Part shown: in pieces, positions 51,002-60,438 of the stretch
Layout: the number at the start of each line of letters is the position of its first letter
Numbering within the stretch: position 1 is the first letter of the stretch
NCBI GenBank assembly: GCA_018650285.1
Contig: JABIGF010000001.1
Span: 34,072 to 98,071, forward strand
Length of the DNA stretch: 64,000 bases
Source of the DNA: Methanobacteriota archaeon
GTDB lineage: Archaea; Thermoplasmatota; Poseidoniia; Poseidoniales; Thalassarchaeaceae
Direction: 5' to 3'
Notes under the pieces: generated by a model
Seen by the model: the letters and a program-made list of their open reading frames with translations, nothing else
What the model was told of the DNA's origin: nothing
The model's database searches: none
Position numbers and translations under genes: made by a program

Positions 51002-51292
51002 ATGCGCCGAACACATGGAACACGTCAAGGAACTCGCACAATCGCAAGTCGTAGCAAGAGCGATCGTGGCCGTCTATTCATTAGGCGAGTCATGTATCCG
51101 TATGAAGACGGTGAAAAGGTTGCAATCGTTATTGACGGCGGGCAGCAGAAAGGTATGCCTCATCGCAGATTCCAGGGTAAGACCGGAACCATTACCGGAA
51201 AGCAAGGTCGTGCATACGTCATTGCTGTAAAAGATGGAAACATGGCCAAGACGGTAGTTGCACTACCAGAACACTTGCGCCCTTTAGAATGA
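51002..51292 (+). CDS. rpl21e: 50S ribosomal protein L21e
   Basis: KGMPHRRFQGKTG, PEHLRP. Confidence 0.95.
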   Translation: MRRTHGTRQGTRTIASRSKSDRGRLFIRRVMYPYEDGEKVAIVIDGGQQKGMPHRRFQGKTGTITGKQGRAYVIAVKDGNMAKTVVALPEHLRPLE

Positions 51293-51302
51293 GGTGAATA
51301 TA

Positions 51303-51665
51303 ATGGGAGAAAAAACATACATTGATTATGCAACTGTTAGAGATGCATTGCTACAGGCTCAAGAACGCCGTGGCGAGTTATCTTATGAGCAAAATATGGC
51401 ACTAAACCACGCAATGTGGGCTGCTAGTGACGCTCGTAACGGTATTGAAACCGAAACAAAAGTATTCGATGATTTGTTGAAAGCTCTTACTGAAGTCGAT
51501 AAGTTGGCAGCAGCACCCGATATTGCAGCAAAAATCGCAGAAATTATTCCAGTGACAGGACAGGCTGTTAAGGCAATCCTTGCCTCAAAGAGAGTTGTTA
51601 TGGATGACTCTGAAATAGAGCACGTAGTAACTCTTGTACGCCAACATGTTGGCTATGAAGGATAA
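51303..51665 (+). CDS. rpoF: RNA polymerase subunit F (Rpo4)
   Basis: ELSYEQNMAL.HA, AAKIAEIIP; syntenic after rpl21e; SD GAGGTGA. Confidence 0.8.
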   Translation: MGEKTYIDYATVRDALLQAQERRGELSYEQNMALNHAMWAASDARNGIETETKVFDDLLKALTEVDKLAAAPDIAAKIAEIIPVTGQAVKAILASKRVVMDDSEIEHVVTLVRQHVGYEG

Positions 51666-51720
51666 AGATGCTATTGTGCGGGACCTTATTTGATAGAACC
51701 CGTCTCGCCGAGTTGATAAC

Positions 51721-52311
51721 ATGCAGGGAGATAGACCAAGAGATGGCCGCGGCGGTGATGAGCCGGACTGGTCAAATGAGACACATTGTCGCGTTCTTTC
51801 ACAAGAAGGAAGTGGTAGTGGCGGTGGTGTAATTCACTGCATTACTGAGAAACATCTTCATCTAATCAAAGTAAGAGCAAATCCTGGTTGTGGAATTCTT
51901 GCACCGAGTCAAAAATTAGAGTTGCCGATTGAGGGTGAGAGTGAGAAAATTTCTATTGTGCTAGGAAAAGGCCGTCACAAAGAACTTCCTAATACCGCGC
52001 AAATGGTGCTTCTTGATGTCATCAAAGACATCCTTACTGAAAATCCAAAGCCAAGTTTGACTTTTTACAATCGCGCGGGACCAGTTTCTTTGAAGTTCCA
52101 CGCTTTCCAATTACTACCCGGTATTGGGGTTAAAAAGGCAAAAAAGATGATGCAAAGTCGAACAAGCATGGGTTGGTTTTCATTTGAAGAAGTTGATGAA
52201 GCGTGTGAAATTGATTCATTACAACTTATTTCAGAGAGATTGGTTGAAGAATTGGAAGACCCAAAGATAGTGCCCAGTCTCATACAAAATGTGGTGCGCG
52301 TAGCGGAATAG
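51721..52311 (+). CDS. DUF655 family protein
   Basis: FYNRAGPVSLKFHAFQLLPGIG HhH motif; conserved synteny. Confidence 0.85.
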   Translation: MQGDRPRDGRGGDEPDWSNETHCRVLSQEGSGSGGGVIHCITEKHLHLIKVRANPGCGILAPSQKLELPIEGESEKISIVLGKGRHKELPNTAQMVLLDVIKDILTENPKPSLTFYNRAGPVSLKFHAFQLLPGIGVKKAKKMMQSRTSMGWFSFEEVDEACEIDSLQLISERLVEELEDPKIVPSLIQNVVRVAE

Positions 52312-52318
52312 TGGAAAC

Positions 52319-53269
52319 ATGTCGGGTGGCGAGCCGGACGCAGAGGTCGTGCATGAGTTAGTTGACCTATTACTTGACCATGGTCGGGCTGACAAAGAGT
52401 TAGGACAACATTTCTTGATAAATGCTAAGACGCTCAAAAAAACCGTGCAATTATCACAAGTGGATAGTACCTCTCATGTTCTTGAAGTGGGCCCAGGCCC
52501 AGGTACATTGACTCATTTTTTGCTAGAAACAGGGGCACAAGTGACGGCAATTGAAATTGATGAAAGAGCAATTGCTCACCTACATCGTGTTCATGGTGAA
52601 GCGATAGAAAGTGGACAACTTAATTTGATTGAAGGCGATGCTTTGAGGGTTGCATGGCCTGATGATTTGACGGCAGTTGTTTCTAACCCGCCTTATCAGA
52701 TTTCAAGTCCGTTAATAGCAAAAATAGATCATTGGCAAGAGAATGCTAGAAGAGATGGAAGGGGTAGAATTTCAGCTGTAATTTTGTTATTACAAGACGA
52801 ATTTGCAAGCCGTTTGGCAATGGAATTTGGCTTGGCATCTCGTGGCCCATTAGGAATTAATACTGCATTGAATTGGCAGGTAGAATTAGAGATGAAAGTC
52901 CCTCCACATTTCTTTTCCCCACATCCTGAAGTGAATAGTAGAGTAGTGAGCATGTTCCCTCATGATTTGGGCGAAGAACTCGAAATAGTTGTTGAGTCAC
53001 GACTAGTTAAGAGAATGGTAGACCATGCCTTTGCTGAAAGGCGGAAAAAATTGAGGAACAGACTCAAAGGGATTCCAAGAAAGATAGAGAGGGTGCCAAA
53101 CTGGAATAGAAAGCGGTGGCAAGCCTCAACAAAAATCCTCCTTTCTGATGAAAATAACGATATTTTAGAACTGGGTTGGCAAGATTTCCGCCCAGAAGAT
53201 TTAGAAGTTGAAGAGTGGCTTATTTTGGCTGAAAAACTAGAGCAGATCAATGAAGAACTCGGCGAATAA
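52319..53269 (+). CDS. rsmA: 16S rRNA dimethyladenosine transferase KsgA/RsmA
   Basis: LGQHFL, LEVGPGPGTLT, SNPPYQISS, F.PHPEVNS, RRKKLRN. Confidence 0.93.
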   Translation: MSGGEPDAEVVHELVDLLLDHGRADKELGQHFLINAKTLKKTVQLSQVDSTSHVLEVGPGPGTLTHFLLETGAQVTAIEIDERAIAHLHRVHGEAIESGQLNLIEGDALRVAWPDDLTAVVSNPPYQISSPLIAKIDHWQENARRDGRGRISAVILLLQDEFASRLAMEFGLASRGPLGINTALNWQVELEMKVPPHFFSPHPEVNSRVVSMFPHDLGEELEIVVESRLVKRMVDHAFAERRKKLRNRLKGIPRKIERVPNWNRKRWQASTKILLSDENNDILELGWQDFRPEDLEVEEWLILAEKLEQINEELGE

Positions 53270-53347
53270 TTGGCTTAGCAGTTTTTATTGAAAAACGGCG
53301 GGTTCAAAGCAGACCCGTGGCTCCGAAGGTGCCGGAGGGGATGCCAC

Positions 53348-54436
53348 ATGGCAAAGAAGGACACCTATCTAGCATTACTGAGAAGAGGGGTTGACGAGGT
53401 TACAGCCCAAACTTTGGCAGATGCGGGATTGACAATTGGTAAACTCAAAGACATCACAGAAGAGCAATTAGTTGGGAACTATGGCTTGAAGAAAAAGATT
53501 GCAGATTCTGTAATTGAAGTCATCAAATCTGGCCCTAGTGGTGCCGGCTCTGAGAAGTATCTCTCAAAGGTACTTTCTACACCTAAAAAACTTGACCGAA
53601 TCGACAAGCAACGTCTGCGCCGACAGCAGAAGGATTACTTGGCTGAGATTATTGAGCAGAAGGAAAGAATCCGGGAAGCTAAAGTTGAGGCTTTTAGGAG
53701 CAAAAAACTGGTAATGATTCGCCTTGGAAAAAGCATTGAACTCATCTGTAAATTGGAGAACAATTTAGATGAAGAGGGTAAAAATGAGATGCGCTCAAAA
53801 ATCAATGACCAACTTGAGACAAGAGGTCTAGAAGCAGCGCGTGACCACGAACTTCTTGATTTGGCTGGCACACCACAAGATATTGCAGATTTCCGACGTA
53901 AGATAGTTCCAGTTCTTTGCCTCTATGCTTGCCCAGAGTGTGGTGAAGAGATTGACCCTGTTGGCGGCAATATCAATCAGGATGACCCAGAAGGTTGGAG
54001 TTACATTTGTTGGGATTGTGAGACGCCGTTTAGCGCTCCAATGGTAGACCGTGTTGAAACATTCTTGAGTAATGGCAAGCACATTACGATTGATGATAAT
54101 AAAGGTCCAAGAATACCCATGGCTTTCAAGCCGAAAGAAAAGAAAACAGGCACCGTCGATGATTTATTGCGGGCTGACCCTGAGATGACTGGTGTTGAAG
54201 CAGAGTTGCTTGAAGCAGCAGTAACTGAGAGTAAGTTGACAGGTGGATTGATGGACATCAATGATTGGATTGACCAGACGCTTGCGGCTAAAGGATACAT
54301 TCAGGCTCAAGAAGATCGTGAAGATTTCATTGTCGCTACTGGAGCCGGTGCAACTAAATTCAACAAGTGGATGAAGAAGGCCGGCCTTGTATTCAACAAG
54401 CAAACAGGCCGTTGGACTCGTTGGTCAGACCGTTAA
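53348..54436 (+). CDS. Hypothetical protein: HhH-like N-terminus, coiled coil, zinc ribbon
   Basis: RGVDEVTAQTLADAG..IGKL; CPECG...ICWDC. Confidence 0.65.
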   Translation: MAKKDTYLALLRRGVDEVTAQTLADAGLTIGKLKDITEEQLVGNYGLKKKIADSVIEVIKSGPSGAGSEKYLSKVLSTPKKLDRIDKQRLRRQQKDYLAEIIEQKERIREAKVEAFRSKKLVMIRLGKSIELICKLENNLDEEGKNEMRSKINDQLETRGLEAARDHELLDLAGTPQDIADFRRKIVPVLCLYACPECGEEIDPVGGNINQDDPEGWSYICWDCETPFSAPMVDRVETFLSNGKHITIDDNKGPRIPMAFKPKEKKTGTVDDLLRADPEMTGVEAELLEAAVTESKLTGGLMDINDWIDQTLAAKGYIQAQEDREDFIVATGAGATKFNKWMKKAGLVFNKQTGRWTRWSDR

Positions 54437-54504
54437 ACTTCTGAGCGTAGCACAACGCTGCTCTGCTAGGGTAAGAAGAAGAACCTAATGCCAATAGTGA
54501 AACC

Positions 54505-54747
54505 ATGGGTGTAATACAGAAGTGGTTTGGATTCAACGGATGGAAAGCCCTATCCACAAGCGGGCGAGTAGGGGCAACAATTCTCTATCGTGTTTTGTTT
54601 GTAGCAGGTTTAGCTGCAGCCATAATCGCTTACTCTTACATTTCAGGAAGTGAAGACCCATCAATCATTTGGATTGCAGTTGTTGGATTTATTTGGTTCC
54701 TAATGTTTCAATTTTTCATTAATCTGATATTTGTAAACAGTTCTTAA
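54505..54747 (+). CDS. Small two-TM membrane protein
   Basis: Two hydrophobic segments. Confidence 0.6.
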   Translation: MGVIQKWFGFNGWKALSTSGRVGATILYRVLFVAGLAAAIIAYSYISGSEDPSIIWIAVVGFIWFLMFQFFINLIFVNSS

Positions 54748-54780
54748 TCAGTAAATACAAATGCAGAAGGGGGGAAGAAA

Positions 54781-55140
54781 ATGGACAAAATTAATTTAAA
54801 GAATAAATTATCAATGTTTTCTGAACATTGGTCGCCAAAAATAATTGCGGAAATGAATGATTATCAATTTAAATTGGTTAAGATTCAAGGTGAATTTGTA
54901 TGGCATAACCATGAGGATACTGATGAAACATTTATCGTTATTGAAGGCAAGATGAAAATTGAATTTGAGGATAAGACCGTAGAATTGAATGAAGGTGAAA
55001 TGTATGTGGTACCCAAGGGAGTTAACCACAAACCGTTTGCTGAAGAAGAATGCAAAATTATGATTATTGAGCCAAGCGGAGTTGTAAATACAGGTGGCAC
55101 AGAAAGTGAATTAACAGCCTCTAATGATGTTTGGATATAG
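54781..55140 (+). CDS. Cupin domain protein
   Basis: [25 protein letters not shown]. Confidence 0.9.
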   Translation: MDKINLKNKLSMFSEHWSPKIIAEMNDYQFKLVKIQGEFVWHNHEDTDETFIVIEGKMKIEFEDKTVELNEGEMYVVPKGVNHKPFAEEECKIMIIEPSGVVNTGGTESELTASNDVWI

Positions 55141-55211
55141 GGGCATGTACCGTTGTACAGGACTGCAGTAGGATTGGTCTTACCTTGTAACAATGTGGTT
55201 AGGAATTCGCA

Positions 55212-55229
55212 GATTAGGGCAACCTAATC
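55212..55229. promoter_or_regulatory. Putative DtxR/SirR-family metal-repressor operator
   Basis: Palindrome GATTAGG-GCAA-CCTAATC directly upstream of a TATA-like CTTATAGG and the FTR1 gene. Confidence 0.7.
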
Positions 55230-55259
55230 CTTATAGGTAGAACGAATTACGGCCGGTTT

Positions 55260-56126
55260 ATGATTGAAGACATTTGGACCGGTGGTCTCATTGGATTTCG
55301 AGAAGCATTAGAAGCCACATTAATTGTGGTAATCTTCATGCTAATTTTGAAGAAATCTGAGCGTCCTGAACTGATAAATAGCATTTGGAAAGGTGTTGGA
55401 TTAGGGGTCATAGCGAGTATTGTCACAGCCCTAGTATTCCAATTCATTATTGGAGGATTTGCTGCAAATGAGGCGTGGTTTGAAGGTATCCTAATGTTGT
55501 TATCTGCGGTATTAATCGCCGTGGTAGTCTTCCATTTAATCAAACATCATTCTAGAGCTGAATTAGAAAAAGTGGCACAAGATGCAGTATCAGATATTGA
55601 TGGAGGGGCAAAAACACTCTCGGCTATTGCATTTCTTTCTGTGTGGAGAGAGGGTTCTGAAACAGTGGTGTTTATGTCAGCAGGAACCGAAACTATGTGG
55701 GCATTACTTGGATTATTGGTAGGTATTAGCGCTGCTGTATTCATTGGTTGGTTGATACACTCTAGAGGGGCGAAAGTAAATGTAAAGAAATTATTTACTT
55801 CTACCACATTGTTGTTGATTTTCGTAGGTGCTGGGTTGGCTGCTCATGGAGTTCATGAATTGCAGGCGGATAATGTGGGCTTAATCCCAGTATTTGATGA
55901 TGAATTATGGAATGTAAATCCCGATTGGGATGGCACAGGAGATGCTCCTGTATTACATGACAAGGGTTTGATTGGTGGGATGTTGAGAGCGACTATAGGG
56001 TGGAATGGCGATCCAACAATGCTTGAGTTCTTTACTTGGGTTGGTTATCTTGTGGCTATGGGATTTCTATACAAAAGAGATACCGATGCCCATTCACCAG
56101 CAGAAGAAACAGAGCCGTTGAATTGA
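55260..56126 (+). CDS. FTR1/EfeU family iron permease
   Basis: Two RExxE motifs (FREALEA, WREGSET); GVHELQ; multiple TMs. Confidence 0.92.
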   Translation: MIEDIWTGGLIGFREALEATLIVVIFMLILKKSERPELINSIWKGVGLGVIASIVTALVFQFIIGGFAANEAWFEGILMLLSAVLIAVVVFHLIKHHSRAELEKVAQDAVSDIDGGAKTLSAIAFLSVWREGSETVVFMSAGTETMWALLGLLVGISAAVFIGWLIHSRGAKVNVKKLFTSTTLLLIFVGAGLAAHGVHELQADNVGLIPVFDDELWNVNPDWDGTGDAPVLHDKGLIGGMLRATIGWNGDPTMLEFFTWVGYLVAMGFLYKRDTDAHSPAEETEPLN

Positions 56127-56204
56127 CACAAAGGGTAGTTTGCATTTCAATATGATACGGTATTTTGGCACTATTATCAAGAGAGATAACCGATTGGCGG
56201 AAGC

Positions 56205-56492
56205 ATGGCGCTTCTCCGCTTCTTTCGAAATGGCGTCATAGTTGGTAGTGCAGAGAATCAAGAAGGAGTGCCAATATTAGATATTGCAGAAGATGCAGGA
56301 ATAGATATTCCAAGAGGTTGCAGTTCAGGAACATGTGGGACTTGTTTAATCAAATTATTATCCGGTTCTGTCCCAATGCCTGTTCCATTACCTCCTGGTT
56401 TAGATGATGATTTAGTTGCAGAAGGTTGTATCTTAGGTTGCATTGGAATTGCAGAAGGTGCTTGTGATATTGAAATCAACCCCCCATTATGA
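56205..56492 (+). CDS. 2Fe-2S ferredoxin
   Basis: CSSGTCGTC...LGC. Confidence 0.9.
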   Translation: MALLRFFRNGVIVGSAENQEGVPILDIAEDAGIDIPRGCSSGTCGTCLIKLLSGSVPMPVPLPPGLDDDLVAEGCILGCIGIAEGACDIEINPPL

Positions 56493-56501
56493 GGTGAAAA
56501 A

Positions 56502-56678
56502 ATGGATAAATTATTGGTGGGATTCATTCTATTTGACGTAATAGCATTATACTATATTTATCGATTTATGATAAATAAACTCAATTCTAAATTGGCTATT
56601 GTTGAAGAGCGCCAGCGGGCAAGATGGGCAAGAGACGAAGGTAAATTGAAAACGGCTTTTGCCACTGAAGAAGAGTGA
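56502..56678 (+). CDS. Small single-TM protein (58 aa), absent from the ORF track
   Basis: SD GAGGTGA at 56491-56497; MDKLLVGFILFDVIALYYIYRFM...TEEE*. Confidence 0.7.
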   Translation: MDKLLVGFILFDVIALYYIYRFMINKLNSKLAIVEERQRARWARDEGKLKTAFATEEE

Positions 56679-56685
56679 AATTGCA

Positions 56686-57687
56686 TTATCGTTTGCCGAT
56701 ATATCCTTTCACATAGAACCACAATAGAATACCTACTCCAATAGCGCTCATGATTCCTAATATTGTCATCAAATCAAATGGGCCATTACCTGCCTCAAAT
56801 GCTTGAACATTCATGCCAAAAATGCTTGCAATAGCAGTAATTGGTAGCATTATTGTTGCAATTATTGTCAATAGGCGCATAACCTCTGCCGCTTCTGCTT
56901 GCGATTCAGCAAGTCTCATGGAGGTTTGAGAAATATAGGTGTCACGAGTTGAGGCTGCACCAGAACTGTAGTTTTCAACTCTAGTTACAATCGCACGAGT
57001 CAAATCTGCCAAGTCACGATAGTAGAGATTTGTGGCATCTGTTACAAACTCATCATTTGAGCGTAGCATTCCTCGCACAACTTCGTCAAGAGGTGTGGTG
57101 GATTTAGCAATCTCACGTAGGTCACCCTTCAATTCGTGCAGATCTTCAAGAAGATTAGGATGTTTTTGATTTGGGTCAAAGACTCGGTCTTCTAATTCGT
57201 CCAAACGTTCAGATTTGCGAATCAATATTTTTGTCCAATCGTCAGCAACCGAATCAAGAAGTTGATAGAGCAAATATTCTGCTTTCATCATTCCGTCTTT
57301 CATGAAATCTTTCGATTTTATACGCTTTCTAAACTCACCAATTCCTGGCATATGTGCATGACGTACTGTGATTAGCCAACCGTCGTGAAGGAATGAACGA
57401 AGATATTCGGTGTCTAGTTCGCGGTCAGCATCACGTGCTTTGAAAGTAGTAAATTTGTGGTCACCATAAACGAAATTTCTGCTTGCAGGCTCTTCAAAAC
57501 AGTCATCAACAGCAAGATGGTGAAACATCATTTTTCCTTGCAAGAATTCACGGGTCTCTTCCTCTTTAGGTTGGAAGATGTCAATCCATCCTCCATTGTT
57601 ATTTGACATGAATTTTGGTAGGTCTTGGAGAGTAGTGTCAAGCATCTCCGCATTAACTTCGCCAGTGTGGACTCTCACGCGGGTCAT
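56686..57687 (-). CDS. corA: CorA family Mg2+/Co2+ transporter
   Basis: WIDI, HHLAVDD, LDELED, LTIIATIMLP...FGMN. Confidence 0.92.
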   Translation of the reverse strand: MTRVRVHTGEVNAEMLDTTLQDLPKFMSNNNGGWIDIFQPKEEETREFLQGKMMFHHLAVDDCFEEPASRNFVYGDHKFTTFKARDADRELDTEYLRSFLHDGWLITVRHAHMPGIGEFRKRIKSKDFMKDGMMKAEYLLYQLLDSVADDWTKILIRKSERLDELEDRVFDPNQKHPNLLEDLHELKGDLREIAKSTTPLDEVVRGMLRSNDEFVTDATNLYYRDLADLTRAIVTRVENYSSGAASTRDTYISQTSMRLAESQAEAAEVMRLLTIIATIMLPITAIASIFGMNVQAFEAGNGPFDLMTILGIMSAIGVGILLWFYVKGYIGKR

Positions 57688-57796
57688 GCAGTTCCCTCAA
57701 ACTTGCGGGCTTTGCCTCTCTCTTTAACTGCGACGGGTCAAATATTGAGTGATAAATAACCCGATTTTTCGGCTAATTAATTGATATTGTCTGTAA

Positions 57797-58099
57797 TCAT
57801 TCATTAATTGAAGAAGTCCAACGATGGACATCAGGTATGTCAACAACTTCTATGAATACTGCAGTAATTTTCCTTTTCTCAATCAATTTTGCTCTCAAAT
57901 CAATTAGGTCTAGGAGGCAGCAAGGGCAATGTGCACGGGCTGGCGTTACCCGAATTTTGACAGAGCCATCATCGTTGACCTGCATCGCCTTAAGCACTGA
58001 ACTTTTTGCCAATGTACCAGAGCCATGTGGTTCCTGCCAAGAAGAAAGAACATCAAGAAGTTGGCGTTGTGCTGCCTTCTGTGCCCTGCTCGTCATCAT
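57797..58099 (-). CDS. MIP18/DUF59 (Fe-S assembly)-like small protein
   Basis: L..L..WQEP, V.I..TP..HCPCC; family-typical size. Confidence 0.55.
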   Translation of the reverse strand: MMTSRAQKAAQRQLLDVLSSWQEPHGSGTLAKSSVLKAMQVNDDGSVKIRVTPARAHCPCCLLDLIDLRAKLIEKRKITAVFIEVVDIPDVHRWTSSINE

Positions 58100-58136
58100 T
58101 CATCGCTAGCGGTGTTTGGTTTTCGGTGTTGCCCTT

Positions 58137-58934
58137 TCAAACATCAATGCTTAGCACATGTTCAATGGTAATTGAGCGCGAGCCGTTTTCTTTTGCTCGA
58201 TGCTCAGCCAATTCAAGGGTGCGCTTGATAAAACCCATTTTTGCTAATTCATCTAATTTTTCCAATGCGGGAGCGAAATCTGCTGGATTACCGCCAGTAA
58301 GTGATGTTTTCATCTCATGTTGAATGGTTCCAGCCTGGTCGTAATAGAGTTCAAGAATTTCTTCTAAAGCATCATTTTCAACTTTCATTCCTGAGAATTG
58401 TTTTGCTAGTTGGCGCAAAATAGCCGGGGTGATGATGCCAGCACCTCCGCCAACAAGTGCATCAAGTGAATCGACTTGAGAATTAGTTACAACTGGAATA
58501 TTTTCTGCCGCTTCAGTAGGGAGACTAACTCCAAGATTGGAGAGCGCCTCCTCAAGATGACGTGGTTTGATAGTTCCCATGCGCTGGTTTGTGCAAACTG
58601 TTTCACACGCACGTAACACACTTCGAAGATAATTTTCTAATTCTTCGCAAGCAGCAGTAACAGCCGCCGCCCCAACTGAGTCAACCTGTTCAATTCGCTC
58701 AATCATTAGGCCGCGAGTTCTACTGAATCCCAAACGAGTTCGTCGCGGGTCGTCTAGAGTTTTACGTTCTGCATCTTGGCCAAGAGTTTCTTGCTCCATT
58801 CGTGGGACAACATCATCTAACTTTGCAACAAGAATATCAACAAGTTCACTTTTTACAGCACCTGAAATCCGTAAGTCAGTGTATGCAGTTGCAACGGTTG
58901 CAACATGAGAAGGAGACCACGGTTTCGCACCCAT
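58137..58934 (-). CDS. Multi-histone-fold protein
   Basis: RISGAV...RKTL; SVGAAAV...RMGTIKPRHL; KVENDALEEI...AEHRAKENGSRSITIEHV. Start at 58934 or 58961. Confidence 0.75.
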   Translation of the reverse strand: MGAKPWSPSHVATVATAYTDLRISGAVKSELVDILVAKLDDVVPRMEQETLGQDAERKTLDDPRRTRLGFSRTRGLMIERIEQVDSVGAAAVTAACEELENYLRSVLRACETVCTNQRMGTIKPRHLEEALSNLGVSLPTEAAENIPVVTNSQVDSLDALVGGGAGIITPAILRQLAKQFSGMKVENDALEEILELYYDQAGTIQHEMKTSLTGGNPADFAPALEKLDELAKMGFIKRTLELAEHRAKENGSRSITIEHVLSIDV

Positions 58935-59056
58935 AATGCTCTCTGTCTGCGGGACACCCATGAACTTGACGGCGATAGAGTGAGGTCTTGAGAATTGAAA
59001 ATCAATCCTTCTCATCCAAGAGGAGAATTTTGATTATTTGTTAAGCGGATTGAAAG

Positions 59057-60298
59057 TTACCACTCTTGATGCAACGGAATCAAGTCTCCAGCAGTTAAGC
59101 ATTCCATTCCGTTTTCAGTTCTTACCCAACTGTCTTCGACACCTATTGCGCCATCAGGATAGATCACTTTTGGTTCAATTGCCATCGTTCCACCAATAGG
59201 GAGAGGCTGCGGGAATCCGCGCGCAACTACTGGTGTTTCGTCAAGGTGTAGTCCAATTGAGTGCCCTAAGAAACGAGCTTGGTCTGGTGGCATTCCCATT
59301 AGGTGCTTGTCATAACCTAACTCTCGTGCGATTTTCATACCCCCTTCGTAAGCCATCTCGCAAGTATCTCCTTTCGCAAGGCTTGTGACTACTGATGAAC
59401 TAATTTCTACCATGCTCTCAAGTCGTTGTGTCCATTCGTCATTTAGTGGCCCGACACTGAACATTCTAGTACAATCCGAGACATAACCGCGGTGGCAATG
59501 AACTATGTCAACAAGGACAGGTTCACCAATTTTTATGCGGTGGAATCCTGCTCCTAATGATGCGAATGGATGAGGCCCAGTGCCGCCAATTGCAGAATCA
59601 AAGTAGGATGGTACTGCGCCGGAATGGCCTGCTGCAATCACGACGCGGTCGCAATTCATTGGCCATTTTCTCATCATTATGTGGCCACCAAATCCGGCTG
59701 CACGGCTGACAGAATCCGCGGCAGCGGCGAGTTCTATCTCAGAGACACCTTCGCCCCCCTCATCATAAATCGCTTCAAACATCCAGCGGTTTACTTCTCC
59801 ACTGGCACGCATTTGTTCAATTTCCCAGAGACTCTTACTTTCGCGTAGAGAGTAGAGAAGACGAGTACAATCAGATGATTCACCAATAATATCGTGATAA
59901 AAAGTTGCTTGATTATGAGGCATTTTTCCATGTTGCATTGCAGGTGTCGTGGTACATCCACGTTGCTTTAATTCATCATCAAGAGATTTTGTGGATGGAT
60001 GTGATGCCAATTCGAATGGCGCCGCATCTCCTCCTGCTTCCCATCGGGCGCGGTCTAGGCTTGCTCGAACCCAATAAACCGAATCAACATCTGATTCCGA
60101 ACTACCAACCAACAAGGTTCCATTTTGGCGGCCCCCAGTTAACCAATAAAGGTCAACAGGGTCGTGAACTAACATTGATTCAATACCTGCTTCAGAGAGT
60201 GCTGTTGCTGCCTGAGTCATGCGTTGAGCCAACTCACCAGCAGGTACTCGCCAATCATCTCCTTGTGGCCCCTCTATCGCCGAGACGTCCCACTCCAT
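59057..60298 (-). CDS. Xaa-Pro aminopeptidase (M24 family)
   Basis: KS..EI..MR, GYVSDCTR, GHSIGLHLDE, AIEPK, GVED. Confidence 0.9.
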   Translation of the reverse strand: MEWDVSAIEGPQGDDWRVPAGELAQRMTQAATALSEAGIESMLVHDPVDLYWLTGGRQNGTLLVGSSESDVDSVYWVRASLDRARWEAGGDAAPFELASHPSTKSLDDELKQRGCTTTPAMQHGKMPHNQATFYHDIIGESSDCTRLLYSLRESKSLWEIEQMRASGEVNRWMFEAIYDEGGEGVSEIELAAAADSVSRAAGFGGHIMMRKWPMNCDRVVIAAGHSGAVPSYFDSAIGGTGPHPFASLGAGFHRIKIGEPVLVDIVHCHRGYVSDCTRMFSVGPLNDEWTQRLESMVEISSSVVTSLAKGDTCEMAYEGGMKIARELGYDKHLMGMPPDQARFLGHSIGLHLDETPVVARGFPQPLPIGGTMAIEPKVIYPDGAIGVEDSWVRTENGMECLTAGDLIPLHQEW

Positions 60299-60438
60299 GT
60301 GTCTCCGAAGTGGTAACCCGTCTAATGTATTCGCGTCAATTTCATTGACAAAATATAGTCTCCACCCATTTTTCACGTTTGTGAAATGTTCTGATTGTAA
60401 CCTTCTAAATTAAATAAGTCATTCAATTGGCCCAAAAC

